Shown in pieces: positions 13,101-25,100 of a DNA stretch of 64,000 bases (its first letter is position 1; every line of letters starts with the position of its first letter). Where the stretch lies: the NCBI RefSeq assembly GCF_020745735.1, contig NC_083402.1:7130001-7194000 (forward strand), given 5' to 3'. Made by a program: the position numbers and the translations under genes. Under the pieces are notes generated by a model. The model was given only the letters and a program-made list of their open reading frames with translations. It did no database searches and was not told the origin of the DNA. The DNA is from Hemiscyllium ocellatum (lineage: Eukaryota).

Positions 13101-16100
13101 TCAGAGTTCTGTAAGTACATTAAAAGCAAGCGAGCAACTAGAGAGAGAGAGAGTAGTGCCGTTTAAAGATCAAAGAGGAATTGAGTTCCGGAGTCCTGAG
13201 GTCATGTTGCAGTTGTATAAGACTCTGGTGAGGCCTCATCTGGAGTATTGTGTGCAGTTTTGGTCGCCATACTATAGGAAGGATGTGGAAGCTTTAGAAC
13301 GAGTGCAGAGGAGGTTTACCAGGATGTTGCCTGGAATGGTAGGAAAATCTTATGAGGAAAGGCTGAGGCACTTGGGGCTGTTCTCATTGGAGAAGAGAAG
13401 GTTTAGGGGAGATCTGATAGAAGTGTATAAGATGATTAGGGGTTTAGATAGGGTAGATACTAAGAACCTTTTACCGCTAATGGAGTCAGGTGTTACTAGG
13501 GGACATAGCTTTAAATTAAGGGGTGGTAGGTATAGGACAGATGTTAGGGGTAGATTCTTCACACAGCGGGTTGTGAGTTCATGGAATGCCCTGCCCGTAT
13601 CAGTGGTGAACTCTCCTTCTTTATGGTCATTTAAGCGGGCATTGGATAGGCATTTGGAAGTTATTGGGCTAGTATAGGTTAGGTAGGATTCGGTCGGCGC
13701 AACATCGAGGGCCGAAGGGCCTGTACTGCGCTGTATCCTTCTATGTTCTATGTTCTATGTAGGTGTCTTTGTATTGAAACTCAGGAGATCAGAAAGATAC
13801 TAAATGAATATTTTACGTCAGGTTTTACACTGGGGAAAGAAATGGAAGCTAGGGAACTCAAAGAAATAAATATTGATATGTTTAACACATTTCACGTTAC
13901 AGAAGAGGAAGTGCTGGAGATCTTAGAAAACATAAAGGTAAATAAATGTGCAGGACCTGATCGATTGTATCCCAGGGCTTTGTGGGAAGAAAGGGAAGAA
14001 ATTACATATCCCCTTGCAGAAATATTTCTGTCACCTACAAATATGGATGAGGTGCCAAATGACTGGAGAGTAGCTAATGTTGTGTCTTAATTTAAGAAGG
14101 GATGAAAGGAGAAGCCATAGAGTTACAGGTCTATGAGTCTGAATTCAGTGGTGGGTAGGATGTTGGAAGTGATTCTGAAAGATTGGAATTATATACATTA
14201 AGAGAGGCAAAGAATGATTAGGGATAGTCAGCATCGTTTTGTCTGAGGGAAATTCTGTCTCACAAACTTAGATTGAGTTTTTTGAAGAAGTAAACAAGAA
14301 GATTCATGAGGACAGAGCGACAGAAGTTGTTTACTTAGACTTTATTAAAGCTGTTGGCAAGTTTCCACTTGGTAGACTAATTAGTAAAGTTAGATCACGT
14401 GAGATTCAGGATGAGCTTGGCAAATGGATAAAAAGTTGGCACAATGGCACAAGACAGAGAGTGATGGTGAAGGATTGTTTTTCAGGCTGGGGGTCTGTGA
14501 CTGGCAGTGTTACACAGGGATTGATACTGAGTTCATTTTTGTTTGACATTCATATAAATGACATGGATGAGAATAGAGAAATCATGGTGAGTAAATTTTG
14601 GATGACACCAATATTTTAAAATCAAATTTCAAATACAAAAGCAAAATACTGTAGAAGCTCAAGGTTTGTGCGAAGATTTGTAGCTCGGGTGCTCGTTGTT
14701 GTGGTTCTGTTCGCCGAGCTGGAAGTTTTTGTTGCAAACGTTTCGTCCCCTGGCTAGGAGACATCATCAGTGCCCTGGAGCCTCCTGCGAAGCGCTTCTT
14801 TGATGTTTCTTCCGGTATTTATAGTGGTCTGTCCTTGCCGCTTCCGGGTGTCAGTTTTAGCTGTCCGCTGTAGTGGTTGGTATATTGGGCCCAGGTCGAT
14901 GTGTTTGTTGATGGAGTGGCATTCATCCACAAACTCCATCAACAAACCCATCGACCTGGACCCAATATACCAACCACTACAGCGGACAGCTGAAACTGAC
15001 ACCCGGAAGCGGCAAGGACAGACCACTATAAATACCGGAAGAAACATCAAAGAAGCGCTTCGCAGGAGGCTCCAGAGCACTGATGATGTCGCCTAGCCAG
15101 GGGACGAAACGTTTGCAACAAAAACTTCCAGCTCGGCGAACAGAACCACAACAACTGTAGAAGCTGGAAATTTGGAACAAAAATCAAAATGCTGAAAATA
15201 TTCAGTTTGTCAAACAACACTTGTAGAGAGAAACATGGTTAATGTTTTAGTTCAATGATGTTTCACCTGAAAATCCAATTCTAAAAAGTTCACAGAATCT
15301 GTACCATTCTCTCCGTACAGCATCTACAGACAGAAGAATGTGTGAATGGCCTCTTACCAGTTATGACCTGCACCCGACTCTCTTTCTGGATCAGACACTG
15401 AATATCCAGTGGTAGTGATGTGTATTCCACCAGACACAGGTAAGTGTGATTGTCCCTCACACTCAGCTGGTTTATCCTGGTCGAGGCGTTTCCCTCCTCT
15501 GGGTTCCCGATGAGCTCGTACCGATTTCCACCGTGTCCAGTTGTCCAAGTTCCCTGTGATTGGGCTGTAAATGTAACGATGTGTTGGTAGGGCTCCTTCC
15601 TCATCCAGGTAACAGTGGTCAGGTTAAGGACCTCCATGGTCTCAAAGATACAGGGTAAGGTGACTAAATCTCCCTCTGTCCCACTCACCACTGAGACATT
15701 TCCCTGAGCAGCTGAGGAAAGGATAAACATCAGAATGGATGAGGACAGAAGCTCGAGATTCAATTTGTTACATTTCTTTCAACTTCACAATAAAATGGAC
15801 TATTAAAACCTCCACCCATATCACTCATGGGTTTATTCCAGATATTCTCCTGCTGTCACCCTGATCAAAATCTCTCATCTCTCAATTTTAGAAACTTGAT
15901 CACAAGATTGTTACAAATTAGGAAATCCATTCAACCCTCCCGAATTTATTCATGCAGAACCCTCCGCCCGTTGCTCAAAGTTAATTTTCTTTAAACAAGG
16001 TCAAGGATTTTACAACCTTCCCCCTCACTCTGTCCAGCAAACATGTTCAAAATATTGATCACACACTGTATGAAGGAGAACCCCCTGGTATCATTCCTAA

Positions 16101-19100
16101 TGTAACCATTCACCAGTTCAAACTTGAGTTTTGAAAATATGCACAGGTTAATTCAAACTTGTAGTCTGTATTAAATTTTGAGTAAAATACTTTGGGTGCA
16201 AGAGGAGTGATAGTTCAGCCATGTGGCTTTTCACGGTATAAGTTTAAAGATGAGCTGAGTGATGATCTGATTCCTCATTCCCTATTTCAAACAGGAAACT
16301 TCATTTTCAAATCAGTTCATCTTTTGTTCACAAGAGCAAGTATCCTCTCAGAATGTGCCCCGTCAAATCTCCTCAGCACCTTTTTTGTTTCAGTAATTTC
16401 TCCTCTAATATTTGTTATTCATTCATGGGTGTCTCTGGAAAGATTACATGCATTTATTGTCCATCTCGACTGCCAAGGAGCCGCTGCCTTCTTGAACTGC
16501 TGAGGTGAAGGGGTTACCCACAGGAGTTCTATGGATGGAGTTCCAGAATTTTGACTCAGCAACACTGAAGGAATGGCAATATGGTAAGAATGGAACCAAA
16601 CTACTCTGCATTGAGTGAGGCAGCAAAAACATTGAGAGCAGACATAGCCCTATCAATCCTGAAAAACCCTTCTCATTAACATCTTCCTCATTAACATCTG
16701 GAAGCTAGTGCAAGAAATGGAAGAGCTGTCTCATAGACTGGTCAACTAACAGTCCCACATAGGCAAACTCATGGAATCATAACTCAATTTGTCAGACACC
16801 ACTGTCATCGTTCCTGGATATATCCTGTCTCACTGGCAGGAACAGATCCAGCAGAGATTGAGGCACAGTGATATACATTTGGGAGGAGGTTGCCCTGGCA
16901 GTACCCAACATGAAGTTTCCAACTTAAAGTGAACATTGTTAGCCCATGGAACCACAATCTGTAACCTCATGATCCAGGTTAACTATCAATCCACCATTCC
17001 CATCAGGCTGGGAGATCAATAAAATGCATGTGTGAGTATGCTGTGAGCAACATAAGGTAAACTGAAAAATATGATGCCAACATTCTGAAACTACAGCACA
17101 CAATTGAGCCATTCCATAACCAATGGATCAGGTGGCTCTGCAGTCCTGGTTCATACAGTCCTGAATGATAGAGGACAATGGCTGCACCGGTTGGTTCAGA
17201 ACAGTTTTACAAGACTGGAGTCTCCCCAACAATGGGGAAAATTACCCGGGTATGTCCTGTGTACAAAAAGCAAAGTGATTCTGACCAGGCCATTTATTGC
17301 TCCATCAATCCACTCTCAATCATCAAGGAAGTGATGGAAAGTGTGAGTGACTGCCTTAACATCGAGCTACATTTGAGTAGGTGGAGCAAATGGGAGCTTG
17401 AGGAAAACTGAAGTCAACGGAAATTGGTGGTGGATCCTCTTTTGGTTTGAGTCATACCTGGGACATAGGAAGATGGTTGCAGTTTTTGGGGGTCAGCTCC
17501 AGGACACCACTGCAGGAGTTCCTCAGAGTAGTGTCCTTGGCCCAACCATCTCCTGCTGCGTCATTAATGACCTTCTCTTCACCATAAGGTCAGAAGTGGG
17601 GATGGATGCTCCCCTCCAAGACACTCACCATGCTGATTTGGGAATATTTCACCATTCCTTCAGTGTCACTGGGGCAAAGTCCTGAAAATCCTTTACCAAC
17701 CATATCATGAATGTCCCTGCTCCTGAGGGAATGCAGCAGTTCAAGAAGGCAGCTCACCATTCCCTTCTCCAGGGAAATTAGGGATGGCCAATACGGGCTG
17801 ACTGTGCATGTGGCACCAACATCCCCTCGAACAATTACAAGATAAATATAGTTCCAAGTCAGGATGATGTGCATCTGTTGCTGTTTTTCATGGTGGTTGT
17901 AGAGGTCACTAGTTTGGAAGGTGCTCGAGATGGAAATGTTGATGCTTAACTGCAGTGTATTTTGTAGTTATTTTCCTTCCCACAATGTTGCTTGGGTGGA
18001 AGTTCCAGGATTTTCAGCCAGCAACTGTGACAGAGCAGTGATATATTTTCAGATCAGGAAACCCACTCAAATATAAGGAATCCAAGTATGACCTTTGCAG
18101 AGCCATTAAGATAACCAAGGACCGATACCATCCAAACGAGAGATCCAGACAGACACCCAGTGACTATGGCAAGGATTGAATGACATCACAGGGTCTAAAA
18201 AGAGACAGTGCAAGATAGCAGACGATGATACATCCCTGCTGAAAATATGTTGCTGGAAAAGTGCAGCAGGTCAGGCAGCATCCAAAGAGCAGGACAATCG
18301 ACGTTTCGGGGCTTATGCCTAGATGACATATCCCTCCTAGATCGTTTCAACGCCTTCTCCGCTCACTTTGAGCAGAAATTTGGGAAAGGTAACACCTCTT
18401 CCGACAAGTCCTGATGAACCTATCCTAACAACCACTGCATCAGAGGTTAGATCAGTTTTCCTTCATGTGTGAATCCAAGAAAAGCAATGGGATCAGATGG
18501 AGTACCAGGTCGTGCACTCAGAGTGTGCACACATCAACTGGCAGAGGTCTTCTTGGACATCTTCAACCTCTCCCTGCAGCGGGCCACTTTCCCTGCCTGT
18601 TTCAAGAGGGCCAACATCATCTCTGTGCCTAAGAAGACTCATGCAGCATGTTTCAATGACTACTACCCAGTGGCCCTAACTTCGGTGGTCATGAAGTGCT
18701 TTGAAAGGCTGGTCATGGCATTAATCAACTCCAGCCTCCCTACTATTCTTGACACAGTCCAATTTGCCTATTGGACCAACAGATCCACAACAGATGCCAT
18801 ACTATTTGCTCTTCACTTCTCTATAGAACATCTTGACACCAAGAACAGCTACTTAAGAATCCTACTCATTGACTACAATTCAGCCTTCAATATTATTATC
18901 CCCTCGAGACTGATTACTAAACTTTGTGATCTCGGACTAAGCCCCACTCTCTGCAACTGGATCTTCAGTTTCCTGACCTACAGGCCACAATCAGTGAAGA
19001 TTGGGGACAATATTTCATTTTCACTAACACTCAACACTGGAGCCCCCCAGGTGTGCAGACTCAGCCCCCTACTGTACTTACTGTATAACCATGACTGCTT

Positions 19101-22100
19101 CGCCAAATGCCAGACTAATGTCATTTACAAGTTTGCTAATGACACCACCAAATCTCAGATGGTGACAAAACAGACTACAGATGGGAGGTGGAAGACCTGG
19201 AAAAATGGTGCACTGAGAACAATCTAGTCTCAATGCCAGCAAAACCAAGGAACTCATTATTGACTTTTGGTAGGATGTACTCATGCCCCCCTACACATTA
19301 ACAGCACAGAGGTGGAATGAGTGGAGGGTGTCAAGCTCCTGGGAGTGGTCATCCACAACAAGCTTTCTTGAACTCTTCATATGGATGCACTGGTTACAAA
19401 GGTCCAACAACATCTCTTCTTCCTCAGGCAGCTGAGGAAATTTGTCATGACAGCAAATACCCTTGCCAACTTTTATAAGTGTGCCATCGAGAGCATTCTG
19501 TCTGGATGTATCACTACCGGGTATGAGAACTGTACCATTCGAGATCGAAGACGGTTACAGAGACTAATGAATTCAGCCTGGACAAGCACAAAGGCCAACC
19601 TCCCATCTAGAGAATCCATCTACCAGGCCCGCTGTCAAGGAAAGGCCACCAACATTCTCAAAGATCCATCCACCCTGGCAATGCTTTTGGGGAGAAGGTA
19701 CAGAAGCCTGAACACACGCAGCAGACAGTTTCATAACAGTTTCTACCCTACTGTTGTTAGAATATGACTGGACTCACAAACTCTTAACATTTGCCTGTAC
19801 CTGTGTTTTTGTTTTAGCTGCTGTTTACCTATTATTTACTTATCTATGCTACTTTACTCTGTGATCTGCCCATATTGCTCACAAGAGAAAGCTTTTCACT
19901 GTGCTTTGGTACATGTGATAATAAATTCAATTCAATTCCTGCACTCTTCCAGACAAGTGGGGAGTATTTCAACACAGCCCTGATTGAAGAATAGGCATTT
20001 GTGTCAGAAGGTGTGTTAATTTAATGGATTCCTAGCTCACGATTTGCACTCCTGGTTTCATAAATGAGTAAGCCATTCAGAGGCAGTTGAGAGTGAATCA
20101 CATGATGGTGGGTATAGAGTCACATGTAGGTCAGACTAGGTAAGAACATGAGTGACCCAGATGGGTTTACATTAATGGTGATGGATACATGGTCATTACG
20201 AGATGACTTTTTAGTCCACAATTTTTTCAATTCAAATTTTACAATCCAGTTGGGATTGGAATCATTTGCAAGGACATTAACCACTGGAGAAGGCAGCTCC
20301 CCTAATGTTCTCCTCAGCCAATAGAGAGGGAGACAACCAATGTGAGCTGAAGGTTCCTTTATCCTGAGGCATGCTCATCCAATGAGGGCTCAGGAGGTAC
20401 AAGTTTCTCTTTACTTCAGTCAATGCTGAGGGAGAAGGGCTCTCACTGGTAGGAAATTAGGAGGTTGGATCTCGGTGATATTTCGTCTGTCCCCTATCCC
20501 AGAATGCTGAAGTTAGTTTAAACATAGTAAATGAATGATTGTGTGAGAGACTGGGAAGTTTCAGATGTAATGTTCTAAAAATTCCAGCCGATATCACTGC
20601 CTCCTGCCTCAGTCCAACTGAAAGAGCGCAAACCCAAGAGCTTCCAGGAGAAGTGGAGCTTGTCCCCATTGTGCTATAAGGGCAACAACACCATCCGAAC
20701 ATTGTTCCTCACCTATCACTTCCAGATCTGTCCCCAACAGCGTTTCGAAACTGCCAATATTGAATTCCACACAACACCGATAGAAGCCATCATCCTCCAG
20801 GCTCAGTCCCTCCATCATTAATGAGACATCGTTGTTGCTGAGGTTCCCCACAAATCTGAATCGATTCCCACCGTCCCGCTGTATCACATTCTCACACAGC
20901 TCACCCTGGGAATGGTCTGGACCAGGATACGTACAGTTAAAGATGACACCTGTGTCAGATTTAATCCATATGATGGAGCCAGTGAGTGGGAGATTAGTAT
21001 CAGGGTGGGTGAAGCTGCAGGGTAAGACAACGGTTCTTCCTTCCACAGCCCTCACTTCGTTCGCAACTGTCATTGACCAATCAATAGCAGAAACCTCTGT
21101 AGGGGGGAAAGAGAGGATATGAACACCAAAGAGTGAGGGCAAGTACTGAATCTGTTGTATAGTGCAAAAAGATATAACATCCTATATTCATGATTTATAC
21201 CCTGACCTGAGATAGTGTGGAATGAGCTACAACGTGCAGCACCACAGAGGATGTCAGGTGTTTTGTTAGCATCCTGAGGTGAGACTGTGAGTGTTTGTTG
21301 GTCTTGGTTGAAGAGAGCGTTTAGTGTCTGAGAGTTTTCTGAACACTCCATTGTTCCAGGAGATCCAGAGTTATCGCAAGACGAGGACTCTGGGCCCTCC
21401 CTGCAGAATCTTTTCTATTTCCCATCACTTTCTACTCTATTACAGAGCCAGCCTTCAGCAACCTGGCTCATTCATCAGTTGTAGGAGAGGGGTGGGGGAT
21501 GCAGTGAATGTACTGCAGAATGGAAATAGATGAAGAAATAAAGAAGAGCTGAAGTAAATTTGTCATAGTCCCAGAGAGCGACTGTCTCATTAGAGAGAGA
21601 TGACTAGTGATGATTTAACCTGGGTCCCTATGCTGCAGACAAGGGGCAAGGTTGAGAAGATGGGATCTTCATGGTCACCTCAGACAGTATGGGAATTAAA
21701 CCTGCATTGTTGGCGTCACTCCACATTGAGGAGAAAGTGAGGTCTGCAGATGCTGGAGATCAGAGCTGAAAATGTGTTGCTGGAAAAGCGCAGCAGGTCA
21801 GGCAGCATCCAAGGAATAGGAAATTCGAAGTTTCGGGTATAAGCCCTTTATCAGGATTCCTGATGAAGGGCTTATGCCCGAAACGTCAAATTTCCTGTTC
21901 CTTGGATGCTGCCTGACCTGCTGCGCTTTTCCAGCAACACATTTTCATCACTCCACATTGTGGAGCCAACTGTCCAGCCAACTGAGCTAACAGGCCTGAA
22001 AAGGCGAATCAAGTAGTTCTAGAAGGCAGCGTGAATATCATCAAGTGAGGGCCATAAGGGAGTGTGGCATGACTCGATGCAATTTACTTGTGAGTAAGGC

Positions 22101-25100
22101 AGATGAGCTGAGGGTGTAGATTGATGAATGGGGATGTGACATTGTTGTTATCACAGAGGCATGGTTGAGGGCAGGGCAAGATGGACCCAACAGTGTTCAG
22201 GCTTATAGAACCATCAGATGAGACATGTAAGGATAGTGGTGAATGTAAAAGAGGAGGGGGTGTTGCAACATTGATCAAGGAGTCTATTGCTGTAATAAAA
22301 TGGATGATATCTTATAATGTCCCTCAAATAATGCCATATGGTACAATGTAAAACAAATGACCCATCACCACACTCTATCTTATACCATCAGGGCAATTTT
22401 GTATTCAATTGGCATTCTCTCCCTGAATCCCATGTAATCTAACTTCACCAATTAGTCCACCATGTGGAACCTTGGCAATGGCTTTACTAAATACCATGTG
22501 AACAATAATTTTAATGTGTAAATCAGGGATTTGAGGAGACCATTCTTTCACTGAGAAGATGGTAGAAATTTGGAATGCACTGCCTAGGAGAGTTGTCGAG
22601 ATGGGAAATCGGACAACGTTTTAAAAAGTACTTGGATCAGCAGTTGAAAATTTATAACAAGTCATGGCCCGAATGCTGGAAACTAGGATACATGTAGATT
22701 GAGATTTTTTTTGGTGTACACTCAATTGGCTAAAGGGCCTCTCCTGTTCTGTTTGATTCTATGATTCTCTGACTGAGTGAAGATGAGAATCAAAAAGGGC
22801 AAGAAGATGCTGGTGGGAGTGGTCCAAAGGCTCCATAACACAAACTATATGGTGGGACAGGGAATAATTCAGAAGAGAGTAAGAGCATGTAAGAAAGGTA
22901 ATACATTAATCATGTACATAGGTATAATCAGATTAGCAAAGGAAGCCATAAGGAACAATTCATAGAACATATTCAAGGCAGTTTCTGAGAACAATATGTT
23001 GTGAATCCAACAAGGGATCAGGCTATTTCAGACCTGGTGATGTATCATGATTCAAGTTTAATCAATTATGCCAGAGTGAACAACACCCTGGAAACAGTGA
23101 ACATAATATGTTAGAATTTAGTGTTCAGTTTGAGAGGGAGAAACATGGATTGGAAGTAACTGTGTTTAGCTTATGGAAGGGTAATTACAAAGGGATGAGG
23201 GCAGAACTGGCTGGAGTGGATTGTAGAAGCAGTTTAGCAGCAAAGACAGATAAGGAAAAATGACAGACTTTTAAGGTAATAGATTATGGCTCACACCAAA
23301 GTTTGCAGTCCAGTGAGGAGAAGCATTCTCTGAAATGGATAAGTCAATCAGGTTTAACAAAGGAAGCTAAGTATATCATCAGGTTGAAAGATGAAACATA
23401 CAACATAAGAAATATTCATGATAAACAAGAGGATTGGGAAAGTTTTAACAACCAACAGCAGATGACTGAAAAATTTACTTGAATTATTTTGTGTTTTATT
23501 ACAAGTTAAAGAGATAGAACATAGAAAATAGAACATACAACATAGGACAATACAGCACAGTACAGGCCCTTCAGCCCTTGATGTTGTGCCAAATGTTTAT
23601 CCTATTCTAATTCAAAGTTACATGCCCTCCAGTTTACTATCATCCATGTTTCAGTGAATACTGAAGCAAAGTATTTATTAAGGGCCTCCCCTAACTCCTG
23701 CACCTCCAGCTACAATTTCCCTCCATTACCCCTCATTGGCCCTGTCCTCACTCTGGCCATCCTCTAGTTCCCCACAAAGGTGCTGAATTCCTTCAGGTTT
23801 TCATTAATCCTAACTGCTAAAGCTTTTTTTTATGTCCCCTTCTGGCTCTCCTAAGTCAATTCTTCAATTCCTTCCTGGCTACCTGGTAACCTTCTAGAGC
23901 CCTGTCTGATCCTTGCATCCTCAAACATAAATAAGCTTCCTTCTACCCCTTGATTAGATGTTCTACACCCCTATTCACCGAAACTTCCTTCAACCTACCA
24001 TCCCTTCCTTGCCTCAGTTAACAATCTTATCCAGCACTATGAGCAAATGCTCCCTAAACATCCTCCACATTTCTGTCATGCATTTTCCTGAGAACAGCTT
24101 GTTGTCAATTTAGGCACCTCAGTTCCTCCCAGTAGCATTGTAATTCCTCCTCCCCCAATTAAATACTTTCCCATACCATCTGCTTCTAACCCTCCCCATG
24201 ACTATAGTAAAAGTCATGGAGTTGTGATCACTATCACCAAAATGCTCTCAAACTGAGAGATCTGAGACCTCAACTGATTCGTTGCCAAGCACCAAATCCA
24301 ATATGGCCTCCCCTTTAGTCGGCTGATCTACATATTGAGTCACGATTCTTTCCAGGACATACCCTGACAAAAACTGCTCCATCCAAACTATTTGAACTAA
24401 GGAGGTTCCACTGAATATTGGGGAAGTTAAAGTCACCCATGACAACGAGCCTGTTATTTCTGCACCTTTCCAAATTCTGCCTCCCAATCTGCCCTTGCGT
24501 GTTTCTGTTGCTACTGGAGTGTCTGCAGAAAACTCTCAATAATGTGACTGCTCCTTTTCTGTTTCTGACTTCCATCCATACTGACTCTGTAGACAGATAA
24601 AGGGGAATCATTGGATGTTATATATTTGGATTTTCAGAAGATATTTCACAAGTACAACACATTAAACACCTTAATAAGATTGGATTCAATAGTGCTGGTG
24701 ATAATATATGAGGATGGACAGAGGATTTGCCAACTAATGGAAAGCAGAGATTTGGGACAATGGGGGTGGGGTGGAATTTCAGGCCGGCAACCTGTAATTA
24801 GTGGTGTCCCACAGGGATCTACACTGTGGCAACATTTATAATAGAATATAAAATAATACAGCACAGTACAGGCCCCGTGGTCCTTGATGTTGTGCCAGCC
24901 TTCTATCCTACTCTAATACCAGACTAACCTGCGTGTCTCTAATGTAGTTGACTCTACTACCACTTCTGGAAGTGTATTCCATGTGCCACCAGTCTCTGAG
25001 TAAAGAACCTACTTCTGACGGCTCCTCTGAACCTTCCTCCAATTACCTTGAAATCATACCCTAGATTAGGGTGTTGCTGGAGAAGCATAGCAGGTCAGGC

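Larger units (their letters stand above)
14615..22503. repeat. Intragenic duplication, copy 1 (A3 + intron + B2 unit)
   Basis: Collinear with 32880-38572; near-identical around the B exon, more diverged elsewhere. Confidence 0.9.

Noticed and set aside
15712-15763. Signal-peptide-like N-terminus MNLELLSSSILMFILSS of the B-exon ORFs (also 33470-33521)
   Set aside because: Starts at TTG and is the translated polypyrimidine tract before a canonical acceptor; the in-frame ATG leaves only ~10 residues.
20832-21122. Plus-strand ORFs overlapping the V exons (also 27944-28177, 36839-37063)
   Set aside because: Antisense shadows of the real exons.
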